Assembly (NCBI RefSeq): GCF_000143415.4
Contig: NW_003314269.1
Coordinates: 3,315,908 to 3,379,907, forward strand
Direction of reading: 5' to 3'
From: Selaginella moellendorffii
Lineage: Eukaryota > Plantae > Lycopodiophyta
Length of the DNA: 64,000 bases
Below, piece by piece: positions 37,958 to 51,413 of the stretch. The translations under genes were made by a program, and so were the position numbers. Below the pieces are notes generated by a model, which saw only the letters and a list, made by a program, of their open reading frames with translations, was not told where the DNA came from and searched no databases. Position 1 is the stretch's first letter, and the number at the start of each line of letters is the position of its first letter.

Positions 37958-39753
37958 TGTGAGACACAAAATCCCTAGGCCCCAAAGTGGAGCCGGAAAG
38001 GGTGCCACGTGGTAGTAGCCGAAGCGAAAGCCAAACGAGCATAACACGTTTGGACTAAAAGCTCTGACTTGGAAGGTCGAGAGCGGGAGTGGAACTCCCA
38101 ACAAAGGGCTCGAGGAGCAAGCACGAGGCAACCAATAAGAAAGGCTCCAAAAAGGGACCCAAAAAGGACCAACACATGACACGAAGAAGTGTCCGAAATG
38201 GAGTCCGAGATGGACCCGAAGTGGAGTCCGATATGGAGTCCGAGATGGACCCGAAGTGGAGTCCGATATGGAGTCTGAGATGGAGTCCGAGATGGACCCG
38301 AGTTGGAGTCCGAGGTGGAGTTCGAGATGGAGTCCGAGATGGACCCGAGTTGGAGTCTGAGGTGGAGTCCGAGATGGAGTCCGAAATGGACTGAGATGGA
38401 GTCCGAGATGGACCCGAGATGGAGTCCGAGATGGACCGAGATGGAGTCCGAGATGGAGTCCAAGATGGACCCGAGATGGAGTCCGAGATGGACCGAGACG
38501 GAGTCTGAGATGGACCCGAGATGGAGTCCGAGATGGACCCGAGATGGAGTTCGAGATGGAGTCCGAGAAGGACCCGAGATGGAGTCCGAGGTCAAGACCG
38601 AGACCGGGACCGAGACCGAGACTGAGACCGAGACCGGGACCGAGACCGAGACAAGGGCCAAGGCCGAGACCGAGCCCGAGTCCGAGTCCGAGTCCGAGCC
38701 CGAGTCCGAGTCCGAGTCCGAGTCCGAGTCCGAGTCCGAGTCCGAGTTCGAGTTTGAGAGGGTGAAAGCCCAAAGCGTTCGTCTCCCAGACCCTGGGGGG
38801 TTTGGTGAGCTCCAAAAGTATAGTAAGGGGGAGGACTGCAGTGGAGCTAGTTTGGCCAGGAAAGGCTAGTTTGGCCCAGGAAGGCCAGACCCAGTGTTGG
38901 GTGATGAACTGACCACTGGGAAGTCCAAGACTAGAGTGAATACGGACCGACAAGCGGGGTAGCTTGGTGAAGTGTTCAAGAGCCGGCTCTAGTTCCCCCG
39001 GGAGATTGACTGGCCGATGCTCCCAGTCCAAGTGTGGGTGGCACTACCTACTTGGATACCAGGTGTGGGTCAACGGAACCTCGCTCTAAGCCCATGGCTA
39101 GAGCACCTAAAGGCGAAAGGTGGGGAGAGTACCCATGAGGCTTGCGTAAGGCCACGGTGTTCCGAAATGTTGTCCCAAAGTCCCAAACGGTGAAAGGGAA
39201 GAGGAGTGGGCCTCTAATGTAGTGACCAAGGATATAGTCACATGGTGAGGAAGTCCCAAAGGATAGTGGGACTTAGCGGTCAGGCCTGCGGGCCTTGATC
39301 CAGTGGCAGTGTTGGCGAACACGGCCATAGACTAAAAGGGACTTGGTGGGGACTGGAAAGGAGTTGTCGAGGAAGGCTATTCCCCATATCTGCAGGCATC
39401 CTGAGGATGCTAAGGAGTAGATCTGGGATGATCACTCATGGATGGATGGCCCAGTCTTTGAGAGACTGGATCATGATGCAGGTGGCGTTAGACCACCGGT
39501 GTGACCAAGGTGAATGGGCATGGCCTAGTGTAACGGGTTGGTATGTCGGTGGTACCTTGGGGTGTCGATCATAGGATCGGACACGTGGAGCACTTGGACC
39601 AAGTGCTAAGGTTGAGTGGCATGGATGCCATTCTCGGGGCTAGCAAGCCCCAAGTCTTGAGTTGGACTTATGGAGGTTGTGAATGAGACTCCTCCAAGTG
39701 GTCGGAGGTGTGGTTAAGTGACTAAAGTAGAATGGAAAAATTAGTCACTTACA
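37958..39753 (+). mobile_element. Solo LTR (1796 bp) with a perfect 5-bp TSD CCAAT
   Basis: ccaat|TGTGAG...CTTACA|ccaat; homologous to 11970-14050. Confidence 0.92.
38196..38757 (+). repeat. GAGATG/GAGTCC/GAGACC hexamer minisatellite in the LTR
   Basis: Well-preserved array, which explains the SESESE/GLGLGL/RPRP low-complexity ORFs. Confidence 0.95.
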
Positions 39754-40159
39754 CCAATATAACTGGTGAAAAACAAAGAAACAACAAAATATTGTGCACA
39801 GGTCTTGAGCTACCTCAAGACAATCACCAAGAAAGTGGATGGAGTTATGGGCAAGCAAAATCATCAATGCCATATAATTCAAGAACTCAAGAGTACAATC
39901 CTAGTTTTCACACCCACCAATGTAGAGTGCATTAGCCACCAGGACTAATGCACCACACCGCTCGACTAGGAAAATCAGATTATGCATTAGGAACTCAATG
40001 ATCTATGCTAAAGTGTTGAACTTATCACTTTGAAGACCAAACTCAACAGCCTAAAGTAAGATTTGGAGAATCCGACTACTTGACAATAAGTAGTAACTTT
40101 GTCATGGGGGAGTGATGAAGAGGTAAATGTTTTATCTTGTATATCTTACTAAGCAAAGC

Positions 40160-43100
40160 AAAAGAAAGAAGCTTAGGTAAAATGGAGTTAAGCTTAAGCT
40201 TAAACATTCAAAAAAGAAAAACCTGACCTAGATAATGCTCGTCATAAATAGGTGTGAAGCAGTTAAGAATAGTTATAAAATCATGTAGTATATAAATAAC
40301 ATTTATACATGTTGGAAAACAACCCCTACTCACTATTATATACATTTGCATTAAATTAACTATTTTTTCTCCCACCTATGACTGTTTGTGCAAAGTAAAG
40401 TTGAAAGAATGATATATATTTATCCTTACTCACACCTTTGGGGCTTGAGATTGAGTTTTCTTCTATTCTCTTTTTATTCTTCTTCTCTTGTTCTACGTTC
40501 TCATTTATGTTTGTTTGTCACTATTTTGTAAGAATGCTAGTATAGGCAAAAAAAGACTTACTCAATATATCAATCAAGCTCTAAGTATGTTTGGCTCCAA
40601 ATATATTATGCCTAACCCTAGAGATTTGATTTCTTTGTGGGACAAGATGGTTTTTCTATTGCTTCACTTTAAGTTTTTGGGTTTTAGAATTTTTGTTTCA
40701 ACAATTCTATATATCACAATATTTGTTATGTGTTAGTTATTCTTTTGTCTTTTGCTTGGGACTCATTTGTTTATCACTTCATACTCATTTCTCAAGTGTT
40801 TCCTCCCACTCTCAACTTTTCAAATTGAAACTTTTGGTCCAAATAAATTTATTATTCCCATTTGAGCCCATTAGTATCCTCTAATCTTTTTGAGCTAACT
40901 CATTGCCAAATATATAGAATTCAGTATACAAATCCAATGCTATCTAAATCTTGATAGAATTAGTAGGGTAGAGGGTGGAAGGATTGTATAGCTATCAATG
41001 CCATATCTAGTAGGCCTTCCATCCTTTTGCTCATATTTTGAGTCTAGCATACTTGTCACTTCATAGAATCATAGGATCATTGACCACAACCCTAGTGATA
41101 GTGGTCCTTTCCTTTTGCCCTCATAAGCGTTAGATTTAGATATATCTTTGTTTTTTTCATTCTCATATTCTCCCAAAATGTCTTTCTCTTCATAAGGATT
41201 ACCATTTCTAAAACCCAACTATATACTCAACTAAGTCCTCCAACCTTATTTTTATATCTTAGATGTGATATAGATCTTGGAAAGACTTTCTTGCAACTTG
41301 GTGGACTTGGCAAGTTTAGTTTATAAAGATTCCTCCTATTTGTCACAATCTTTCAATTCAAATAGAATAAGATGTACTGATTAAGCATTTACTTATGTAA
41401 GGTTTTGAATTTAGACTTTTCGAAAGGTCATCTAGCTTAGGACTATTTAAACCCAAAGATCTTTAACCCTAAGTATCCCAAGACCTTTAACCAGTTAGAA
41501 AAGGGGGTGCACTAGATCATCTCTCAAATAGTTCCCTTTAATTACTTACAATTTACTATGCTTCCTTACAAGTTCATACCCTTATAAATAAAAGCTAAAA
41601 ACCACAGCTTTCCTAAAGTTTTTCTTTCTTGACACCCTATCCCTCTAGAATTTAAACTTCCCAAGAAGTCATTTATCCTAGTATTATTCAAACCCAAGAA
41701 CATTTAACTTTAAATATCCCAAGACCCTTAATCAGTTAGAAAACAGGGTGCACTCTTGTTTATAAGTTTTTTCCCTCTATATTTAAACCCTTATAAATTG
41801 TTTAAAAGAAATTAAATTAAAAGAAAGAAGCTTAGGCAAAATGTAGTTATACTTAAGCTTAAACATTTAAAAAAGAAAGAATTGACCTAGACAATGCTCG
41901 TCATAGACAAGGATGAAACAATTAAGAATAGTTATAAAATCATGTAGTATATAAATAGCATTTAAACATGTTGAAAAACAACTCTTACTCACTATTATAT
42001 GTATTTGCATTGAATTAACTATCTTTTCTCCCACCTATGACTGTTTGTGCAAAGTAAAGTTGAAAGAATGATATATGTTTATCTTTACTCACACCTTTGA
42101 GGTTTGAGACTAAGTTTTCTTCTATTCTCTTTTTATTCTTCTTCTCTTCTTTTATGTTTTCATTTATGTTTGTTTGTCACTATTTTGCAAGCAGGGGTAA
42201 GAATGCAAGTATAGGTAATTTAAAGCCTTACCCAATATATCAATCAAGCTCTAAGTATGTTTGGCTCCAAATATATTATACTTAACCTTAGAGATTTGAT
42301 TTCTTTGGTGGGACAAGATGGTTTTTCTATTGCTTCACTTCAAGTTTTTGGGTTTTAGAATTTTTGTTTCAACAATTCCATATATCACAATATTTGTTAT
42401 GTGTTAGTTATTCTGTTGTCTTTTGCTTGGGACTCATTTGGTTATCACTTCATACTCATTTCTCAAGTGTTTCCTCCCACTCTCGACTTTTCAAATTGAA
42501 ACTTCTAGTCCAAATAAAATTATTATTCCCATTTGAGCCCATTAGTATCCTCTAATCTTTTTAAGCTAACTCATTGCCAAATATATAGGATTTAGTATAC
42601 AAAATCCAATGCTTTCTAAATCTTGATAGAATTAGTAGGGTAGAGGGTGGAAGGATTGTGTATCTATCAATGCCATATCTAGTAGGCCTTCCATCCTTTT
42701 GCTCATATTTTGAGTCTAGCATACTTGTCACTTCATAGAATCACAAGATCATCAACCACAACCCTAATGATAGTGATCCTTTCCTTTTGCCCTCCTAAGC
42801 ATTAGATTTGGATATATCTTTGTTTTTTTCATTCTCATTCTCCTAAATATCTTTCTCTTCACAAAGATTACCATTTCCAAAATTATCACAAATATGACTT
42901 CGAGTATTGAAAGTTACTTGTAGCTAGTCCTTATGGACACTCTTTCCTTACTACCACGACGGCAGAAAGTCGGTATTGCTGGACTTGTTATCAATCTCCA
43001 CCTAAGTTAGTTAAGAAACTGGTCTTCGCATGTGCACTTGACCAAATGAGTATAAGGAAGGAATTCTTAAGTGTTTATTTAGTCAAGCATACTTGACCTG

Positions 43101-44250
43101 GTTAGAGAAACTCATTCATTAACTTGCACTTGCTAGTGTTGGAAACCCCCGCGATATTGAGCTTGGTTTCTCAATATTCGCTAAATGATATCTTACTGTG
43201 TCTACCAAACACCCTTGCTATCATGCCTTTAGTGTTAGTCTCAATTCGGTTCCAAATGCTATTTATAGAAAATGTCTTGATTTGCTCATTTGGCATATCT
43301 ATGGAATGTAAAGATCGGCTTGAACACAATAGTGTTTATCCCGTGTCCAAATTCGCAATCTAGCACCATTTCATATTTAGTAAATTTCGAGCTTGTCCCA
43401 AAGACTAGCTTCTGATACTAAGGGAGGCTTGGGGTGAAAGCCAAAGTATGTGTTCCTGAAGGCGGGGGGGGGGGAGGGGGGTTTCCAAATGTATAGTAAG
43501 GATAGTGGGTAGGTCGGGCATGGCCGACCAACTTGAGGCATAGTCTAGCTCCCGCTTGTGTGCCTATCCTTGTTTTGCGTTCAGCTTGGGTCTAAGCCCA
43601 AGTTTCATTCCATACTAGTTGGTGGAGAACCCATGTCCTCACATTAGGCCACCAGTATGCCAAAATAACATCAGATTCCCTTTGGCTCCGTTTTGCGTGT
43701 TGGTCCTGGCATTAGGATGTTAGTTACTCTAGGACTGTTCCAAGTCGCTCTAGGCTCCTTTCCCTTCGCTCCTTGGGCTATATGCTTAAGTGCTCTAGTG
43801 CTAATGCTCCTTGGCTCAATGCTTGGGAGTTTGGCATTGTTTCTTGGCCCTGAACCTCGGGTTCTACACCACTGTCCATTGGACATGTGGCATGTGACAT
43901 GTGGCATGTGTCACGTGGCATAAAGAGGGTTTAGGTTCCGCTTCGTGGTGTTATCCTATAGTAAATCACTATAGGATAAAGGGTAAAAACCACGTGTGCT
44001 ACAAAAACCCAGCTATATACTTAACTAAATCCTCCAATCTTATTTTTATATCTTAGGTGTGATATAAATCTTGGAAAGACTTCCTTGTAATTTGCTTGAT
44101 TTGGCAAGTCTAGTTTATAAAGATTCCTCCTGTTTGTCACAATCTTTCAATTCAAATAAAATAAGACATAGAAACTGATTAAACAAGCTTTTGAATTTAA
44201 ACTTTTCAAGAGGTTATCTAGCTTAAGACTATTCAAACCCAAAGATGTTT
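40160..44250 (+). repeat. ~1.66-kb AT-rich tandem duplication; the second unit is interrupted by a solo LTR
   Basis: aagaaagaagcttagg.aaaatg at ~40162 and 41821; paired ORF peptides at 40693 and 42364. Confidence 0.85.
42884..44003 (+). mobile_element. Solo LTR (1120 bp), TSD AAAAT/AAAAC
   Basis: Homologous to LTR 20090-21214. The empty site ccatttctaaaacccaact is visible in the other duplicate unit at ~41202. Confidence 0.85.
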
Positions 44251-46493
44251 AACTATCATAAATGTGACTTCGGGTATTGAAAATTACTTGTCGGTCAGTC
44301 CATACAAACACTCTTTCTTTACTACCACAATGGCAAGAAATCGGCATTGTTAGACCCTTTATTTGCCCCTCTTGTTCAAGTGTTAGTAAATTGGACTTTG
44401 CATCTATACTTGGCCAGATGAGCATAAAAACAAAATTCCTAAGCATCTATTTTGCCAAGCATACTTCGCCCAGCTTTTTAGTTCTCTTTTGCTTTGTTTT
44501 GCACTGGCTTGACAACAACCCTCACGTATTGAGATTAGTCCCTCAATATCATTGGATGATAGTTTACCGTATTTGCCAAACACCCTCATTATCATGCCTT
44601 TTGTGTTAGTCTCATTGCAGTCCTAAATGCTATTTATGGAAAGTGTCTAAATTCGCTCATTTGGCACAATCAAGAGTCCGTACCTTGAGGCATGTTGAAA
44701 ATGATGGTCTTATAAATGGTGAGTTACGAGATGGATAGCGGTGAAGCGTTAACTCATTTTATCTATGCTTGCTATTGAAGACTTGGGTTGCAATGCTTAA
44801 TTTTTTTCTAGGGAACTTTACTATTTCTCCTTAAGTAGCTTGGTGTTAGATTAGTTTTGAATTTGGTCAGATAGAGAGCGGCATGAGCTTGTCCGTGTTA
44901 TGAACAAAAGTTAGTGGTGTTAGGTGTTGTAAGTCTCTATCGGTGAAGTGTGGCATTTATGTTGCATTTTGTTAAATCGAGTTGACATTTGATACTCACA
45001 TAAACCTTTGAAGTAATGATGTTGGTATTGCTTGTGGTGTTGTTTGATTGATGATCAAGACATTGTGATTTTTATATCATATCCATGTGATAATGAATAA
45101 TGTGTTTACGAAGTTACTTAGTCAAACAATAATTAACCCCAAAGTGGTTGATGGTGAAGCTAGTCTATTTGCACATAGTAGCATTGTAGTAACTTTGATT
45201 GAATTCTCAGTGGTGGTCCATTACGCTAAGCTTAAGTTTGTTTTTTAGTTCCTTGAGTTTGCCCATAAAGTGTTGAAAAGAGTTATAACATTAACTTGCT
45301 ATGGCTTATTGGTTTATCCATTAGCACTTGGAGTAGATTGTTGAATGGAGAAGGTGTGTAGTTGTGGCATTAACATCGGTAACACTTGTGTTAGTGGAAG
45401 TGGCATTGTTATTTCAAATGATAAAGAATTTTCCTTAGACCTTGATTTTTCAAGTCATTTTTCTTGTTAGTGTTTTGGCTTCATATTGAATTTTGAAAGT
45501 GATTGAAGAAGAGTGTTAACACAATATGGATATCCGAAGATATAGTCTTCATGATCAAGCCTTGGATGTTTATTTTGCATTTTTGCGGATGTCGGTGTTG
45601 GATTTGGAGATATAGGAATGATGTTCAAAGCTTAAGCATACTATGAGTCATGAGAATTTGTGTTAAGATGAACCTATATGAAATTGTTAATAGGGAGAAG
45701 CTAGTTAAGTTTTAAAAATTTGTATTCCTAGACTGAGAATCATTCTTTCTCTAGAATGGAAAATTTTCCACAAATTTTTTTAGACTTTTCCAATGGCTGA
45801 TCTATTGATCACTTTGCTCGAAAACCATTCTGTTTTTGAAAATTAATACAAAATAGTGAAGGGGTTGGAGTTGACTTCGATTGATTTAAACCTTAATAGG
45901 TAGTTTGCCCGAAAGGGATGCTAACTTTTAGGGCTAAGGCAATTGAGTTGAATAGAGTCTGGAGTAGGTGTAAAAAAGTGGCTATTACACTTTTCTAAAA
46001 ATATAACCCTTTTGCTTTTCTTCTGTAGCGTTATACTTGATGGCAAGTTGCACCTTGTATTTCATTAAACTCTATGAGAGTAGTGAGCTCTCATTGATCT
46101 TGACTTGGTCTTGGTGGCCTTATGCCTTAGTTGAGGATAGTGATGTCCAGCTTAGTTGTTTGCAATTGAAATGTTAGTACCTATACTATAGCTTTGTCGA
46201 TGAGGAGGTTGTGTACTAATATGAGTTTATTTTAGTCTTCATTTTAGTTTTGACTAAATGTTAATTACGCATAGCTAGCCTCTTCAAGGCATTCTCAGAA
46301 TTATTGGCTAGACATGTTGGTGAGCTTATTGCAATTGAGTTGAATTTGAGTAGTCGTTTAGTTTATGCCTGTTTATGAACCTTTATTTTGTGCCTGAGGT
46401 ATTATGTTCATGTTATATAAGTATATGACTCGATGGCATGAGTTTAGTGTTTGGGTCTTATGAAGGCAAATTGAAGAGTGATTGTTAATTACT

Positions 46494-46593
46494 NNNNNNN
46501 NNNNNNNNNNNNNNNNNNNNNNNNNNNNNNNNNNNNNNNNNNNNNNNNNNNNNNNNNNNNNNNNNNNNNNNNNNNNNNNNNNNNNNNNNNNNN
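46494..46593. other. Assembly gap (100 N)
   Basis: Run of exactly 100 N. Confidence 1.
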
Positions 46594-49500
46594 TAGGCCA
46601 CGGTGTTTCGCCCTAGTATCCCGAAGCAAGTGTTGCACCCAAAGTTTAGGATTTAGAAGATCCCATGATCAAGTCTTGTGGTACCAAGGGATGTTAAGAA
46701 CTTAGAGGCTTGGTGTGCTTGGCTGCTTGTGTCTGCAGGGAGTGTAGCTGAACCTTAAGTCCAATCTAACCCGGGGAGGGGGATTGGGAAAGATTTGGGA
46801 ATCTGTGGATGGATGGCTAATGCTCCATTGCTCATGTAGTGAGTAACTGAAACCAAGTAGGACCAAGTAGGAGCTGGTACCATAGGTGAGAACCTTGGTG
46901 AGGGAATTTAGCAAAAGCCAAAGCAGTGTTGGTCGGATAGATGAGGTAAGCTAGCAAATTGGAAAGGAGAAATTTGTGGCTTACAATTTGGTATTGAAGC
47001 TTTTTCTTTAGTTCTAGCGAAGGATAGAGGCGGATTGCTGGGAGATGGCAAAGGTAGGGCGGAAACGAACTAAGGCGGAGACGGAACCTCCTCCAGACTG
47101 GAGCCTCCAGTCAAACAAGAGGCTATGGATGAGGAATCCTTGCATAAGGAGGACTCCAATAAGGAAACTTCCAAATAGGAGTCCGGTGGTAAGGTTTGGT
47201 TGTCCAAGGCTTGATTGGACATTCTAAAAGGACAATTGGCACAGACCAATGCCCTGCTAGAGACTCTCGTACACAAGCTAAAGCATGACGAGAAGCGGAA
47301 GAAAAAGCAAAAGACTACGGATGCTAGAAGCGCAGAAGGTGCGGACCCTTTGGCAAGGACTGAGGCAAAACCAAACAAGGTCGAATAGACTGAAGTGGAA
47401 TCAGTCCCTCAGGCAGTTCCCAAGTACAAACCAAAGCCCCTACCGGTCTTCAAGGGAGTGAACGACTATAAGGTGGTGGAGGATTGGTTTTATGATATGG
47501 AGGACTATTTCCGAGCATTGCAGTTACCGAGCTCGGAGAAGGTCCCATGTGCAAAACCATACCTGGCAGATAATGCTAAGTCTTGGTGGAGAATGACAGA
47601 GGCCAATGAAGGACTGGTGGCCACTTGGGAAATGATGAAAGCAAGGATCTGCGTGACTTACGTTCCTCCCAATACTACCCTACATCTAAGAGACGAGCTA
47701 AGTAGGCTGAAGCAGACTAGAACCATTTAGGAGTATGTGAATGGGTTTATGGCAAAGAGGATATTTGTCACAGACATGGGGGATATAAATGCATTCCATA
47801 TTAGGCTTGCAAACCTGGGCTCACGGTGAGGTGATGCGTTGGAACCCGACCAACTACAAAGAAGCGTTAGATGCGGCCATCAAGGTGCATTTCAACGATA
47901 GCCTACGAAAAGGGAACACGACGGGGTCAGGGTCCATATTTAGCAATGGGGCCAAACCAAGGGGAATATATAGCAAAGGGAAATTCAAGAAGAATTTCTC
48001 TAAGAATGAGTCTTTGGGGTTCCAGAAAGGCAAATCCGGTGGCTAACGAGCAAGTACGTAAAGGAGTCAAGCAAAAAGAGACAAACCCACAGATAAGAAG
48101 GTCAAGTTTGTTAGTAGTGTGGGAAACAACATATGTTACAACTGCGGTGAAGCGAGAGGGAATGTCGCTACCCAAAGAAGGCCAGAGCCAATATGGCCAT
48201 TAAGTCAGGTGAAATCCAAACTAAAGTATGTGATCCAGTCCCTAGCTCAAAGCTACTTATTACACGAGCAACTTTGGTAGATAGTCATTCACGACATCTA
48301 CTAGCCCTCCGAGGGAAGTTTGGAGGCAGCTTTGTTAAGATCCTTATTGACACAGGTGCTTAAGATAATTTTGTGGCTGCAGACATAGTCTGGCAAACTA
48401 GACTAACGGTGCAGCAGCTGAGTGAACCAAAGACTATAGAGTTTGTTCAAGGTAGCCAAAGCACCGATGAGGGACTTCGACAAGCGAGAGTCAAAGTGGG
48501 GACATGGAAAGTAAACATGGATTTCACCGTGTTGGACATGGCAGGATTTGATGTGATCTTCGGGATGGATTGGTTCAATTGGTTCGTGGTAGCCCTACAT
48601 GAACAAGGTAGAAACCTTGTGGTACTAGCGAATGCCCAAGGAAAAAGATCCAAGGTGGAGGCCCAGAATCTAAAGGTATGGCAATGTAAAGCTAAAGATT
48701 CCTGCCTAAACCTAATGTCCACAAAAGGACAACTTACTAAAGGAACCAAGGCAGCATTTTTGTGCTTGCTCTCAGTGAAGAGTGACAAAAAGACGGGAAC
48801 GGAAGAAGTACTTTTAGTGATTTAGCGGGTGTTGGACCAATTCTAGGATACCATGCCAGAGGAGCTACCGGCAGGGTTGCCCCCCGCACGACCGATAGAA
48901 CATAAGATTGAGGTAGTTGAGGGTGTTGAAGTGGTGGTTCGTCCCCCTTATTGTTTGAATAAAAAAAAACTCGAGAAGCTCAAGCACCAACTAGAGGAGT
49001 TGGTGGATAAAGGGTATGTTAGGTTGAGCAAGTTGCTATATGGAGCGCCGGTGTTATTTGTGAAAAAGAAAGATGAATCTATATGCATGTGTATAGACTA
49101 TCGGTTACTCAACAAGTATACAAAGAAGAACAAATACCCTTGCCAAGGATTAAGGACCTGTTTGATATGTTGGGAAAGGCAAAATACTTCTCGAGGATTG
49201 ACCTAAGGTCAGGATACTACCCAATCAGAGTAGTAGAGGAAGATGTTGAGAAGACAACCTGTTGAACAAGGTATGGGAGCTTCGAGTTTCTGGTGATGCC
49301 CTTTGGGCTGTGCAATGCGCCATCAACGTTTTCAGCATTGATGAACCACATCTTTGTACCCTATTTGGATCACTTCGTGGTCGTTTATATTGATGACATC
49401 CTGATCTATAGCGAGATGCTAGAGGAGCATGCTGAACACTTGACGAAGGTGTTTGAAAAACTAAGGGAACATAAGCTATATGCTAAAGAGAGCAAATGTG

Positions 49501-50898
49501 ACTTTGCTCAACAAGAAGTAAAATCTCTTGGGCATGTGATGGGCAAGGACGGGCTCAAGGTGGACCCTGAAAAGGTCCAAGTGCTCCAGGAATGGGAGCA
49601 ACCATAGAATGTACATGACTTGAGGGTGTTCTTGGGGCTATACAACTACTAACGAAAGTTTATCAAACACTATTCGAAAATAGCCATGCCCTTAACGGAC
49701 CAAACGAGTAAAAGGAAGATGGTATGGACAACAAAATGTGAGGCGGCATTTGTCCACCTCAAAAGGAAGTTGAGGAAGATCTCTGTGTTGGCATTATTCG
49801 ACTTTGGTAAGGACTTTGAAGTAGAAACAGATGCTTCGGACTTTGCATTGGGCGCAGTTTTGAAGCAAGACAACCATCCAGTGGCGTTCTTTTTGAAGAA
49901 GTTGGACAAGGCTCAGCGAAAGTGGCCTGCTCACGAGAAGGAATTATTTGCAATGGTCAAGGCACTCAAAGGGTAGATATACTACCTTGGGAGACACTTC
50001 AAGATTTACACGGACAATGTGGCAATGAAACATTTCTTGTTACAACCTGACCTGAGAGGGAAACAGGGTCGATGGGCCAATGCTTTTGCCGAGTTTGATT
50101 GCGAGATTCTGTACAAGCCTGGGAAGAGCGACATTGTGGTGGATGCTCTAAGTCGAAAAGTGAGTTTGAAGTTGGCGATATCCAGCATGACAACAACCTT
50201 TTGGGATGATATGCGGACACCATATGAGAATGATGGTCTAGCACAAGAAGTGTTACTGAGGAATCTAGAGATGCAGGAAGCTCACCAAAGAGGTGAGCTG
50301 CCAACGAAAGAGAAAACAGGCTATGCGGAACGCAATGGACTCATCTATTACAAACAAACGAGGGTGTATGTCCCAGAAGGGGAACTAAAGAAGGTAGCCT
50401 TAGAAGAGTGTCATGATAGACCTCTTGCGGGACACGGCGGAGTGCCCAAGACGATGGGCTTACTCAAAAGGAAGTATCACTAGCCAGATATGGCTAAGGA
50501 CGTCCAAGACTATCTAAAGACATGTCCAACATGTTAGTAGGTCAAAGCCGTGACTAAGGCTAGTGGGGGCTTGTTATAAAGCATCTCGATTCCAGATCGT
50601 CCATGGAAATGTCTTACGATGGACTTCATCATGGGACTCCCCCCAAGCGAGGGGTTTGATGCGATATTCATGGTGGTGGACCGATTTTTGAAAATAGCAC
50701 ATTTCATACCCACCACAACGAAAATGGATACGGAAGGTGTGGCAAAGCTATTCTTCGAACAAGTGGTTCGAGTGCGGGGAAGGCTGGAAGAGATCATCTT
50801 ATATCAAGATAAGATCTTCACTAGTAGGTTCTAGAGAACTCTCTTGGAACAGTATTGCACCAAGTTGAAATTCAGCACAGCCTATCACCCACAGACAG

Positions 50899-50945
50899 AT
50901 ATGGGGTATTAAGTCAAGTTTGTTGGCACTAACACTTCTTGACAA
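50899..50945 (+). other. Putative 47-nt intron (decayed splice sites) splitting integrase motif HPQTDGQTER
   Basis: CAC CCA CAG ACA G|atatgggg...cactaac..ttcttgacaa|AT GGT (T)AA ACA GAA AGG. Both ends are one G>A change from GT..AG, and a CTAAC branch point is present. Confidence 0.65.
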
Positions 50946-51361
50946 ATGGTTAAACAGAAAGGTGAATAGATAGGTGGAGGATTATTTGCGATGCTATGTC
51001 TCAGGAGACTAGAGCGATTGGGTAAGTCATTTGGGACTGCGGAAATGTGTTATAACAACTCACCACATTTGAATATCGAGGTGAATCCATGGGAAGTCAT
51101 CAATGGGCAAACTATTGAAGGTCCTGTGGAGCTCGGCGTGGCTGAGTACCATGGAGAGTTACCTGCAATGGAGGCATTCACGGCGGAAAGACTCAACATT
51201 TGAAATTTAGTGAGGGATTCTTTGGAACGGGCTCAACAAAGGCAAACCAAATATGCGAACCAAAAGCGTTAGGATGTAGAGTTCCAACCTAGGGAGAAAG
51301 TGTGGCTGAACACCAAGAACCTCAGGCTGCCAAATGGGATTAGCTGGAAGTTGACCCAAAG

Positions 51362-51413
51362 GTAAAAATGCATGTATTCTTGGAATTGAATTGATCTTGA
51401 GTTCCTTAAGCAG
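51362..51413 (+). other. Putative 52-nt GT-AG intron splitting the integrase GPF/Y motif
   Basis: AAG TTG ACC CAA AG|gtaaaa...ttccttaagcag|A TTC GCA GGG CTT TAC restores KLTQRFAGLY (consensus KLxPRFxGPF/Y). Confidence 0.8.

Noticed and set aside
37877-39031. 384-aa and overlapping long ORFs (GLGLGL, SESESE, SISDS)
   Set aside because: They are translations of the hexamer minisatellite inside a solo LTR with a TSD. The same applies to 12312-13037 and 52270-52892.
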